Source of the DNA: Octopus sinensis
Taxonomy: Eukaryota
Assembly: GCF_006345805.1 (NCBI RefSeq)
Contig: NC_043022.1
Location: forward strand, 21,018,001-21,082,000
Length of the DNA stretch: 64,000 bases
Reading direction: 5' to 3'
Shown here: positions 1 to 10,920 of the stretch, piece by piece
How the letters are laid out: each line of letters begins with the position of its first letter
Position numbering within the stretch: the first letter of the stretch is position 1
Translations under genes and position numbers: made by a program
The notes under the pieces: generated by a model
Told to the model about the DNA's origin: nothing
The model's database searches: none
What the model saw: only the letters and a program-made list of their open reading frames with translations

Positions 1-304
1 GATTGCAGAGCAATGTGAAACGAAGTGTCTTGCTCAAGAACACACTGCACTTTACAGCCCGGGATTGAACCCTCGATTGTGAGATTGTGGCATGCAAAAC
101 CCTGACTCCTAGGTCATGCATCCACTTATATCCGTATATTTTGCCAATATCTAACATTGGTAAAATATAGCTTTGACAAATTTCTTGCAAACTCAACAGC
201 TCAATATCAATGTTCTATGATTGTGTCAATAATTGATAAATATTGATATTATTCTGATAAAATTAATATAATTATAAGCAGTTATTCTGTCTGTAATTGC
301 TTAT

Positions 305-770
305 CATCATCATCATCATCATTTAATGTCTGCTTTCCATGCTAGCATGGGTTGGACGATTTGACTGAGGACTGGCGAACCAGATGGCTGCACCAGGCTC
401 CCAATCTTGATCTGCTAGTTTCTACAGCTGGATGCCCTTCCTAACGCCAACCACTCAGAGAGTATTGGGTTCTTTTATGTGCCACTGGTACGAGGGCCAG
501 TCAGGTGGTACTGGCAATGGCCATGCTCAAATGGTGTTTTTTGCGTGCCACCTGCACAGGAGCCAGTCCAGCGGCACTGGCTACGACCTCGCTCGAATGT
601 TTTTTCACGTGTCACCAGCACAAGTGCCAGTAAGGCAACGCTGGTAATGATCACGCTCGAATGGTGCTTTTTACGTGCCACCAGCACGGAAGCCAGTTAA
701 CCGCTCTGGCAACGATCACGCTCGGATGGTGCTCTTAGCGCTCCACTAGCACGGATGCCAGTCATCAAAT
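305..770 (-). mobile_element. Family-C SINE-like element with (GAT)n tail; other copies at ~5510, 8325, 9480, 21405, 31395, 36410, 37540, 41405, 59243
   Basis: gttggcgttaggaagggcatccagctgtagaa core and ccatgctagcatggaaagcggacgttaaacgatgatg tail (RTE-like 3' end, inferred). Confidence 0.8.
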
Positions 771-996
771 TTGATAAAAATGGTTATTCACTAGCATATT
801 TGTGTTAGAATCTCTCTGAACTTATTGAAAGCAAATATGCAGATCATTGTTTCAGATTTCTCTGTAGACAATGCAAATAATAATTTTCTTATTTGGTGGC
901 AATATCTGCATTGATCAGCAAACTGTTGGTTCACTGAAATTATAAACAAAGCCAACATGTCAAAACACCAGTGTCCCAGAATCTCTTGCACCCATA

Positions 997-1161
997 GGCA
1001 CAGGAGTGGCTGTGTGGTAAGTAGCTTGCTAATCAACCACATGGTTCTGGGTTCAGTCCCACTGTGTGGCATCTTGGGCAAGTGTCTTCTACTATAGCCT
1101 CAGGCCGACCAATGCCTTGTGAGTGGATTTGGTAGACGGACACTGAAAGAAGCCCATCATG

Positions 1162-1198
<37 letters not shown>

Positions 1199-1390
1199 GT
1201 GTGTTTGTGTATCTGTGTTTGTCCCCCTAGCATTGCTTGACAACCGATGCTGGTGTGTTTATGTCCCCGTTACTTAGCGGTTCGGCAAAAAGAGACCGAT
1301 AGATTAAGTACTGGGCTTACAAAGAATAAGTCCCGGGGTCGATTTGCTCGACTAAAGGCGGTGCTCCAAGTAAAAGAGTAAAAGAGTATG
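997..1390 (+). mobile_element. Family-A tRNA-derived SINE (octopus OR-type), near full length
   Basis: tRNA-like head (gtggctgtgtggtaag...ggttcagtccc), ccttgggcaagtgtctt core, central (TA)/(TG)n, gtaaaagag tail; many other copies in the window. Confidence 0.85.
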
Positions 1391-1596
1391 AGCTGAGTGT
1401 TGTGAACACATTATCATTGTAAAAAGATAAAGTTGTTCTCCTGTGACATACTCAACAGTGACCAACATATTTGTTTCAACCTGCCAGGATGAATTAGGAC
1501 TAAATATGTAATTTATCATTTCAGATCTCACCATATACAGTACAAATAATGCTTTTTTTTTTATATATTGATTTTTCTTTCTTAAAATACTTTCAG

Positions 1597-1681
1597 GTTA
1601 TTTCCTTGGATCTTCGAACATCATTGTTAGAAGGGCCAGGTGTAAAAGTTCGTCAGAATGGAACTGCTCATGAAAGGCCAG
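1597..1681 (+). CDS. PUS3: tRNA pseudouridine(38/39) synthase, internal exon (VISLDLRTSLLEGPGVKVRQNGTAHERP); gene starts upstream of window
   Basis: tttcag acceptor, G|gtatga donor, phase 0->1; VISLDLR matches the segment after the GRTD catalytic motif of PUS3/Deg1 as recalled. Confidence 0.9.
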
Positions 1682-1803
1682 GTATGAACAAAATTCAGAA
1701 TCTAATTTTAAAAGTACCTTTTCACTAAATTTATGTTTTTCCCCATTCTTAAAATTTTTTTTTTTTATACAAAATTTTTTTAAATTCTATTTTGCATCTT
1801 CAG

Positions 1804-1909
1804 GTGACAACATGACTGAAATTAAGTATGTTCATATTCTCAACAAAGTCCTTCCTCCAGAAATTAGGGTATTAGCTTGGGCTCCAGTAGATCCTTCCTT
1901 TAGTGCAAG
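1804..1909 (+). CDS. PUS3: PUS3 exon (GDNMTEIKYVHILNKVLPPEIRVLAWAPVDPSFSAR)
   Basis: cag/gtaatg sites, phase 1->2; ILNxVLPPxIRxLAWAPVxPSFSAR TruA-family motif. Confidence 0.95.
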
Positions 1910-2026
1910 GTAATGACACCCTGGCTTATTTATCTTCTTTTTTATTTTTCCCTTACATCCAAATTTATATCCAACAATTTTGTTACTTGGTTTTTACACT
2001 TTTATTTATTTTTTTGTTTGTTTTAG

Positions 2027-2087
2027 GTTTAATTGCAAAAGGAGAAATTATAAATATTTTTTCCCTGTTGGAAACCTGGATGTTCAG
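2027..2087 (+). CDS. PUS3: PUS3 exon (RFNCKRRNYKYFFPVGNLDVQ)
   Basis: ttttag/gtatgt sites, phase 2->0; RFxCxxRxYxYFFP motif. Confidence 0.93.
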
Positions 2088-2479
2088 GTATGTAATCATG
2101 TGTTATTTCATAGATTATCTAATCCCTAAGTATCAAATTTGATCACTATAAACAAATGAACTGCACAGGTTGATCAGCAAGAAATTGTGGGACCCCTATC
2201 TGTCTTATTATGACAGGGGAATCCCCCTTGTGTGAATATAAGACTGATATAAACTCTTGAATTATTTGAAACCCTGGGTCTCATAATGGGGGAGTGAACT
2301 TGTTAACCATTTGGTCAGCTGCATTCACTATATTATCACAACAAAGTCTGTGTTGGTTTATCAACTTGCCTTGGTTGACAAAGTAAATATGAGATGGGAA
2401 TATTGTGTGTTAGATTATGAATGATAATTTGGCATATATTGAGACAGAGTCATTTTATAAAGGCATGTAAGGTCTACAT

Positions 2480-3212
2480 CAATGGTTTTCAACTGGGGTC
2501 CACATGGCCCTTAGAGATCCACATAAGATTTTGCTGTTAAAATTTACATGTGATGATAAATTGGTTGTCTTTCTACAATATGGAATTTACAAGTTGTATA
2601 TTGTTGGACAAGCTTTTCTCTGGCACCAGATACGTTGTATCATTGCTGTATTATTCCACAATACAAAACATATTTCAAAAATTTTTTTCATACAATTCCT
2701 AGTAATATCAATATCTATAAAGCTGAAATGCGAAAAAGTTGTTTGATTTCTTGGTTATTTGTCTCATTTTGGGATGGGAACAGTTTAAGGGGTGGTAGAT
2801 GGGGTCGGATTGGCGCCAAAATTTACACTGGGGAATAAAGTGGGGTGGGCAATGGTGTGTGGAGGGTTCAAGACACTCGGGGCTACTGTTTGGTTGCCAT
2901 TGTGAGGAATATGGAAAAAGGAGAAAAGAAAGAGTGGAAGAAGATAAAGACAAAGAAAAAATTTTAAAAATAAGAAAAGGAAAAAGAAGAGGGCAATAAA
3001 AAGAACCAGGCAAAGAAGATGAACAAAAGAAGAAAGGGAAAAGGAGATAACACCACCACCAAAACCCCGAGTGAAGCATGGATCAAAATAGCTAGTCTAA
3101 CTATAAAAATGTAATGGGACCTTTTTTTAAACATTGAATGGCTATGGGAGTCGAGAAGAGGGAAATAGGAATTAAAGGGGTCCATAGGCACAAAAATGGT
3201 TGAGAACGACCG
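2480..3212. mobile_element. hAT (Charlie-like) non-autonomous element containing the PUS3 exon fragment
   Basis: Degenerate TIRs caatggttttcaact / ggttgagaacgaccg; right subterminal ggggtccatagg similar to the 36307 element; TSD only partial (ggtctaca/ggtctgct). Confidence 0.6.
2579..2655 (+). pseudogene. 77-bp partial copy of the PUS3 exon at 4518-4635 ([26 protein letters not shown]), no splice sites
   Basis: Aligns without gaps to the middle of the 4518 exon with 6 substitutions, all transitions. Confidence 0.9.
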
Positions 3213-3288
3213 GGTCTGCTTGTTGAGATAAAATCATTGTGTAGAATGTGGTAAATATTTGAAAGGCTTTCTTGTTTCTGTTTAACAG

Positions 3289-3422
3289 TTGATGGCTGAA
3301 GCGAGTCAAAAGTTAGTTGGAGAGCATGATTTCCGAAACTTCTGTAAATTGGATGTAGCCAATGGGGTTGTGAGCTGTAAAAGGAAAATTCTTTCTGTTG
3401 ACATTATGGTTGTAGAACAAGG
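3289..3422 (+). CDS. PUS3: PUS3 exon (LMAEASQKLVGEHDFRNFCKLDVANGVVSCKRKILSVDIMVVEQG)
   Basis: taacag/gtaagt sites, phase 0->2; GxHDFRNxCKxD motif. Confidence 0.95.
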
Positions 3423-3894
3423 GTAAGTGACTTCATTTTCGCTTGGTTCTTGAGACGCTCCCTTTATTTTCCCCCATTTAACACTTCATTTGAGCCAGAT
3501 ATGGCCGTTTGACCGGCCATGTCCGGCTCAGATCTTCTACCTGATTCATGTTCAAATTGGCCAGATTGGACCTCTCACACCTATCCTACAATATCATTCT
3601 AAAAATAGACAATCACATCATCAACATCATTAAGGCTATGAGATATCGCTTAATTAATTCAAAACAACTGAATAATTACATCACACAACATAATCTGATT
3701 ACTAAATAATTAACAGGATGTCACGTACTCATCCTGTTATAAGAGATGTTAACTAATTAAAACAGTTTCTTAACATTGCCTGTCTTCCACACTTACTTTA
3801 TCTCTATTTTTCTCTAATTTCTTTTCCAACCAGGGATACCAAGTATCTCCTTTATAGCAAGACACCTATTTCTATCCCAGTCTTATAATTTAAG

Positions 3895-4075
3895 TGGGAG
3901 CGCATGGCTTAGTGGTTAGGATGTTGGATTCATAATCATAAGATTCTGGTTTCGATTCCCGGACCAGGGCAATGCATTATTTTCTTGAGCAAAGCGCTTT
4001 AATTTCATGTTGCTTTGGTCCACTCAGCTGGTAAAAAATGAGTAATCCTGCAACAGACCAGTGTCCTGTCCAAGG
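3895..4075 (+). mobile_element. Family-D tRNA-SINE 5' part; related copies at 1-120(-), 5286-5480(+), 40790-40885(-), 41245-41395(-)
   Basis: gcgcatggcttagtggttag head, ggtttcgattccc B box, ttcttgagcaa core. Confidence 0.75.
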
Positions 4076-4099
4076 AAGAATATATATATATATTCAAAA

Positions 4100-4312
4100 T
4101 GTGAGCTTTCAAAGTGTGACCTCGTGTGTACCGTTGGCGATTTTTTTTCCTCTGTCTTCCCTTCTCTGGATCTTTCCTTCTCCTATGTTTCCGACGAAGA
4201 GCTCTGCTCGAAACGTTAAACCCTCCTTCATTCCTGAGCGTCCAATAATACTATATTTGTTCCACGTCCTCACATTGTTGTTTTTTTTTGTGTTTTCTTG
4301 TTTGGATTAACT
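4100..4312 (+). mobile_element. Solo Penelope-type terminal repeat in PUS3 intron
   Basis: High identity to ~49400-49600 including the hammerhead-like motif. Confidence 0.7.
4187..4221 (+). ncRNA. Minimal type I hammerhead-like motif, family 1 (GTTT CCGACGA A GAGC tct GCTC GAAACGT T AAAC)
   Basis: Stem I GTTT/AAAC, stem II GAGC/GCTC, GAAA, palindromic AACGTT in place of stem III; core has C where canonical U4 is. Confidence 0.6.
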
Positions 4313-4517
4313 TTATATATATATATATACATACACACATATATATTCTGTTGTGTCTGGGGAGAGTCATTTTCTTTTTGTGCCTTACAATATAACACAC
4401 ACACCGGTAAAATTTCCACTTTTTTTTTTCTTATTTATTTTCCTAAAATTTTCGTTGCGTCTTGCAACCTTTTCAATAGTTTTATCTACTACAACAGTTG
4501 TTTTATTTTCCTTGTAG

Positions 4518-4635
4518 ACCAAATGGCTATGAAATTTGCGAGTTGTGTATTGTTGGACAAGCTTTCCTTTGGCACCAGATACGTTGTATCATTGCTGTAT
4601 TATTTCTCATTGGAGAAGGCAAAGAATCTCCAGAG
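4518..4635 (+). CDS. PUS3: PUS3 exon ([39 protein letters not shown])
   Basis: ttgtag/gtaatc sites, phase 2->0; GQAFLxHQxRC motif of TruA family. Confidence 0.95.
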
Positions 4636-4717
4636 GTAATCAATTTATTCATGAATTCTTAATTATCCATTTAGTTTGATGAAATGACTCATATTGAAAT
4701 TCTGGAAAATAAAAATA

Positions 4718-5283
4718 TTGGGTTGTCCGGAAAGTTCGTGCCGATTTATAGTAGCTTACCTTTCGACTTATTTTAGAACATGATTGAGTCCATAAAATAG
4801 GATTTGAGTACACCTCCATTTAGAGCACAGTTTAAGCTATCTTTATGTGGAAGAAAGTTTATGTTCCTATAACCTGTGTTAATTTTGTAACCCTTTAAAA
4901 TGGAAGATAAGAAAGTTCATTTTCGGCACTTGATGCTTTGGGAATCAGACAAAAATTGCTGCAGCTTGGCTGGGATGTGTTACCCCACCCTCCATATTCA
5001 CCAGATATTGCTCCTTTGGGTTTCCACTTATTCAGCTCTCTGCAGAATAGTCTTAATGGTAAAGATTTCAATTCCTTAGATTACATAAAAAGATAGCTTG
5101 ATGAATTCTTTGCCATAAAACTACCCCAATTATGGGAAGAGGGTATTTTCAAGTTAAAGGAAAGATGGAGACGCATTGTGCAACAAAATGGTTCATATTT
5201 GATTGATTAAAAATGTAATGGCAAGTATTTATTGACCTTTTTCTTTCCTTTAAAAATTGGCATGAACTTTCTGGACAAACCAA
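4718..5283 (+). mobile_element. Internally deleted mariner transposon
   Basis: TA TSDs, TIRs ttgggttgtccggaaagttcgtgccgattt / aaattggcatgaactttctggacaaaccaa; MEDKKVHFRHLMLWE and HPPYSPDIAP..FHLF remnants. Confidence 0.9.
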
Positions 5284-6059
5284 TAGAAGCATGTGGCTTA
5301 GTGGTTAGGGTGTTGGCTTCATGATCATTGGATTGTGGTTTCATTTCCTGGACCAGGCTATGTGTTGTGTTCTTGAGCAAAACACTTTATTTCACAATAC
5401 TCCATTCCACTCAGCTGGCAAATATGAATAATCCTGCGATGGACTGGCATCCCATCCAGGGGGGGAAATATACAACAGAGAAACTGAGTGACCAGCCCTA
5501 TTATCTCTCTCATCATCATCATCATCGTTTAGCATCCGCTTTCCATGCTAGAATGGGTTGGATGGTTCAACTGGGGTCTGGGAAGCCAGAAGGCTGAACC
5601 AGGCCCAGTCTGATCTGGCAATGTTTCTACAGCTGGATGACCTTCCTAACGCCAACCACTCCATGAGACAACCACTCTGAGGCCAACCACTCCGTGAGAC
5701 AACCACTCCGTGAGGCCAACAATTACTTACCCTTTCCTTCCCTCCTAACCTACTGTCTATGTTTTTCTTTGTACTCACCGACATCCTGCCCAGAGGGAGA
5801 GCATATACACAACAGAAACCAGGAAACCAGCCCATGAGTCTATACGACTCAGAAAGGGTCTTTGATTTTTTTTAATCCCTTTTTTTCAAGTAATTGACAA
5901 TTCGATTCTTGGACTGGGTGACGTGTTGTGTTCTTTTGCAAACCACTTCATTTCATGGCATCCCGTCCAGGTGGGGAGTTTATACACTATGAAATAGGGA
6001 AACTGGCCCTTATGAGTCAGTATGACTTCATAAGGTTACCTTACCTTACTTTATATATA

Positions 6060-6217
6060 CAGTGTGGCTGTGTGGTAAGAAGCTTGCTTCCCAACCACAT
6101 GGTTCTGGGCTCAGTCCCACTGCATGGCACCTTAGGCAAGTGTCTTCTACTATAGCCTCAGGCTGACCACAGGCTTGTGAGTGGATTTGGTAGATTGAAA
6201 CTGAAGGAAGCCTGTTG

Positions 6218-6254
<37 letters not shown>

Positions 6255-6985
6255 CTGTGTTTGTCCCCCCACCCATTGCTTGATAACCAATGCTGGTATG
6301 TTTACATCACCGTAACTTAGCGGTTTGGCAAAAGAGACCGATACAATAAGTACTAGGCTTACAATGAATAAGTCTTGGGATCGATTTGCTCAATTAAAGG
6401 TGGTGCTCCAGCATGGCTGCAGTCAAATGATTGAAACAAATAAAAGAAAGAATACACATATACACTCCAGGCTTCTTTCAGTTTCCGTCTACCAAATCCA
6501 CTCACAAGGCTTTGGTCAGCCCAAAGCTGTAGAAGAAGACACTTACCCAAGGTGCCACGCAGTGGTACTGAACCTGGAAGCATGTGGTTGGTAAACAACC
6601 TCTTTACCACACAGCCACATGTACACCTATGCATTCTCTTTTACTCCTTTACTTGTTTCAGTCATTTGACTGTGGCCATGCTGGAGCACCGCCTTTAGTT
6701 GAGCAAATCGACCCCAGGAATTATTCTTTGTAAGCCTAGTACTTATTCTATCGGTCTCTTTTGCCGAACCACTAATGTTACAGGGATGTAAACACACCAG
6801 CATCGGTTGTCAAGCGATGCTAGGGGGACAAGCACAGACACACACACACACATACATATATACGACGGGCTTCTTTCAGTTTCCGTCTACCAAATCCACT
6901 CACAAGGCTTTGGTCGGTCTGAGGCTATAGTAGAAGCCATGTGGCCCGGAAGCAAGTTCTTTACCACACAGCCACATCTGCACCT
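6060..6985. mobile_element. Cluster of family-A SINEs (one +, two -)
   Basis: Same diagnostic segments in opposite orientations. Confidence 0.8.
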
Positions 6986-7166
6986 ATGTATTTTTTTTTT
7001 TTTTTTTTACTTGTTTCAATCATTTGACTGCGGCCATGCTGGAGCACCGCCTATAGTATGTTTAAATTTTTTTTTTTCTGTAATTTTCTACTCTAAATAT
7101 AGACAATGTAATATAATTATTAATGATAATTAATTGATTAATTGATTAACCTTTGTTTCTTTGAAG

Positions 7167-7230
7167 ATCATAGAGGAACTGCTAAACATTGAAAAAACAC
7201 CACGGAGACCCCAATACAACATGGCTTCTG
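7167..7230 (+). CDS. PUS3: PUS3 exon (IIEELLNIEKTPRRPQYNMAS)
   Basis: ttgaag/gtaagc sites, phase 0->1; IIxELLxIEKxPxxPQYxMA motif. Confidence 0.93.
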
Positions 7231-7289
7231 GTAAGCTCGAACAGCTTATTAATTGATTTAACATTATTGATAATTACCCTTTCCATTCA

Positions 7290-8020
7290 GTTGTCTTCTC
7301 TTCTTCCTTCTCTCTCTCTTCTTCCTTCTCTCTCTCTCTTCTTCCTTCTCTCTCTCTTCTTCCTTCTCTCTCTATCTTCTTCCTTCTCTCTCTCTTCTTC
7401 CTTCTCTCTCTCTCTTCCTTCCTCTCTCCCTCCCTTTCTCTCCTTCCCCTTCTCTCACCTCTCTCCTCCTTTCTGTCCTCCCTCCCTCCCTTTCTTTCTC
7501 TCTCATCCTTTCTCTCTCTTACTCTCTTCCTCCCTCCCTCTCTCTCTTCCTTCCTCTCTCCCTCCCTTTCTCTTCTTCCCCTTCTCTCACCTCTCTCTCT
7601 CCTCCTTTCTGTCCTCCCTCCCTCCCTTTCTTTCTCTCTCATCCTTCCTCTCTCTCACCTCTCTTCCTTCCTCTCTCTCTCCCTCTTTCTCTTCCTTCCT
7701 CTCTCTCTCCCTCTTTCTCTTCCTTCCACTCTCTCTCTTCTCTCCTTTTCTCTCCCTCCTCCTTTCTCACCTTCCATTTCTCTCTCTTCCTACACTCTCC
7801 ATCCTCTCTCTCTCCTCCTTTCTGGCCTCCCTCCCTCCCTTTCTTTCTCTCTCACCTCTCTTCGTCCCTCTCTCTCCCTCTTTATCTTCCTTCCTCTCTC
7901 TCCCTTCTCTCCTTTTCTCTCCCTCCTCCTTTCTCACCTTCCATTTCTCTCTCTTCCTACACTCTCCATCCTCTCTCTCTCCTCCTTTCTGTCCTCCCTC
8001 CCTCCCTCTCTCCTCCCTCA
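7290..8020 (+). repeat. ~730-bp polypyrimidine (CT-rich) tract with internal duplications
   Basis: Almost purely C/T; (ctctctcttcttccttct)n-like units. Confidence 0.95.
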
Positions 8021-8479
8021 CCCCACAATACATTGTACTGTGGTTGTTTGGATCACTCCACACATGTCTCATTTGTTAATCAAGCTCTCTCCTGTAAATG
8101 TCATGATCTGCGTTTGTGGTCCTAACATTCCATTTGACATCTCTCATTCAATTCCAACACAACAATCCAATAACCATCATCATCATCAGCATCACCACTA
8201 GTGCGTGACTCATTATTTTATGCCCGGAATAAGTAATATTTTGTTTCATGGAAATATAGACATGTATTCAATAAAGAAAAATATAAGCAATATTGAAATA
8301 AAAGAAACATTTGATAAATCATCATCATCATATGTCCATCCATTTTCCATGCTGTCATGAGCTGGACAATCTGACAAGAGCCGCACCAGGTTCCATAGTG
8401 TGTCTTGGTTTGGTTTCTACAGTTGGATGCCCTTCCTAATGCCAACCACTTTACAGAACATACTGGCAGCATTTTACAT

Positions 8480-8930
8480 GCCACCATCAACATTGCTTTT
8501 TGTGTGGCACCATCACCATCGCTTTTTATGTGGCACCATCACCATCGCTTTTTATGTGGCACCATCACCATCGCTTTTTATGTGGCACCACCACCATCGC
8601 TTTTTATGTGGCACCACCACCATCGCTTTTTATGTGGCACCACCACCATCGCTTTTTATGTGGCACCATCACCATCGCTTTTTATGTGGCACCATCACCA
8701 TCGCTTTTTATGTGGCACCATCACCATCGCTTTTTATGTGGCACCATCACCATCGCTTTTTGTGTGGCACCATCACCATCGCTTTTTATGTGGCACCACC
8801 ACCATCGCTTTTTATGTGGCACCATCACCATCGCTTTTTATGTGGCACCTGCACCAGTGAATTTTATGTAGGACCATCACCATTCCATTTTACATGGCAC
8901 CATCACCACTGCTTTTTATGTGGTACCTTA
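8480..8930 (+). repeat. 26-bp minisatellite (tttttatgtggcaccatcaccatcgc)n, roughly 15 copies
   Basis: Direct inspection; continues from a SINE body. Confidence 0.95.
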
Positions 8931-9127
8931 GTTTTAGGGTATCGTGGTTTTAGGATATGATGATGATGATATATACCGGTTAGAGTTCAATCCACACGTG
9001 TAAAAACTTTTGATGTTCAGTTGGAATATTTAAATCTGTATAAATAAATGCTTTGAGACCATTAACAACCCAACTGTTATTCTGTAGTGCTATTGTGCAT
9101 TTCATTTTATCTCTTTATCATTTTCAG

Positions 9128-9193
9128 AACTTCCTTTGGTGCTGTTTGATTGCCATTTCTCAGAAGAAGATCTGGACTGGGTCATTGAAGCTG
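9128..9193 (+). CDS. PUS3: PUS3 exon (ELPLVLFDCHFSEEDLDWVIEA)
   Basis: ttttcag/gtcagt sites, phase 1->1; PLVLxDCxF motif. Confidence 0.92.
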
Positions 9194-9364
9194 GTCAGTT
9201 ACATTTCCTCCCACTTTTTTTCTTTTTAACTGAGTTTAGTCCATTGGACTGCAGCCATACTGGAGCACTGCATTTGAGTGTTTTATGTTTTAGTTGATCA
9301 TATCAACCACAGTGCTTATTTTAATCTGGTATTACTTTTATAATACCAGTTGAGACACATGCAT

Positions 9365-9397
<33 letters not shown>

Positions 9398-9802
9398 ATA
9401 GACAGATGATGACAGATGAGGGTTCAGCAACCAGCCTGCACAGATAATTTAGTTTATTTAACAGTGATCAAATCATATTGGTTTGTAAACGTCTGGCTCT
9501 CTTGCCGGTGGCACGTAAAAAGCACTATCCGAACGTGGCCGAGGCCGACTGGCTCCCGTGCTGGGGGCATGTAAAAAGCACTATCCGAATGTGGCCGAGG
9601 CCAGTACCGCTGACTGGCTCCCATGCTGGGGACACGTAAAAAGCACTCACTACACACTCAGAGTCATTGGCATTAGGAAGGGCATCCAGCTGTAGAAACA
9701 TTGCCAGATCAGATTGGAGCCTGATGCAGCCAATGGCTCATCAGACCTCAGTCAAACCATCCAGCCCATGCCAGTATGGAAAACGGATGCTAAACGATGA
9801 TG

Positions 9803-9838
<36 letters not shown>

Positions 9839-9842
9839 TGTT

Positions 9843-9874
<32 letters not shown>

Positions 9875-10109
9875 ATAGGCTTCTGTAAAGCTTCTATCTG
9901 CCAAACCGCAGCAACCTTGTATTCGGTTATATAGTAGGAGACACTTGCCCAAGGTGCTGTGCAGTAGATTCAATCTCAGAAGGACATGGTGACAAAGTGA
10001 ACTTTTTTCTAACATAGACATGTTTATGCTGTTGTATATGTTTGTAATTTTGTTGTAACTGCCTTCATTGATGTCATATTTGAAAACTTGATCTTCAATT
10101 CATTTGTAG

Positions 10110-10167
10110 ATTGTCATGAAGAAAATATCCGACATTTCCAGAAGGTATGGGCCCAACATGCAATCAA
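10110..10167 (+). CDS. PUS3: PUS3 exon (DCHEENIRHFQKVWAQHAIK)
   Basis: ttgtag/gtaagt sites, phase 1->2; resembles QQLWANHAVK of vertebrate PUS3 as recalled. Confidence 0.9.
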
Positions 10168-10199
10168 GTAAGTTTCTTTATCAATTTTAATACTCTCAT

Positions 10200-10920
10200 T
10201 AACCCTTTTGTTACTGTATTTATTTTGAGATGCTTTGTGTTTCTTTCAATTACTTTTAAATATAACAAAGAATTTAGTAAAATAACTTAGTTGTCATTAA
10301 GCTAGTGTTAGGAACATAAATTGTGACTAAGGTTTGGTGGAAGATTTTAATTCAAAACTTATGAAAACAAGATATTTGTTACCATATCTCTGTTGAGATA
10401 CTCTGTGTTTCTTTCAATTAATTTTAAATATAACAAAGAATTTAGTAAAATAACTTAGTTATCATTCAACTAGTGCTAGGAACATAAATTTTGACTAAGG
10501 TTTGGTGGAAGATTTTAATTCAAAACTTATGAAAACAAGACATTTGTTACCATATTTCTGTTGAGATACTCTGTGTTTCTTTCAATTAATTTTAAATATA
10601 ACAAAGAATTTAGTAAAATAACTTAGTTATCATTCAACTAGTGCTAGGAACATAAATTGTGACTAAGGTTTGGTGGAAGATTTTAATTCAAAACTTATGA
10701 AAACAAGACATTTGTTACCATATTTCTGTTGAGATGCTCTGTGTTTCTTTCAATTAATTTTAAATATAACAAAGAATTTAGTAAAATAACTTAGTTATCA
10801 TTCAACTAGTGCTAGGAACATAAATTTTGACTAAGGTTTGGTGGAAGATTTTAATTCAAAACTTATGAAAACAAGACATTTGTTACCATATCTCTGTTGA
10901 GATGCTCTGTGTTTCTCTCA
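10200..10920 (+). repeat. 168-bp tandem repeat, ~4.3 copies
   Basis: ttgttaccata recurs at 10376, 10544, 10712, 10880. Confidence 0.95.

Noticed and set aside
7189-8079. 296-aa Leu/Ser/Pro/Phe ORF (and antisense Arg/Glu ORFs)
   Set aside because: Translation of the CT-rich tract inside a PUS3 intron; out of frame with the PUS3 exon it overlaps.
8400-8960. His-rich ORFs (MWHHHHRFLCG repeats) in all three frames
   Set aside because: Artefact of a stop-free 26-bp minisatellite.
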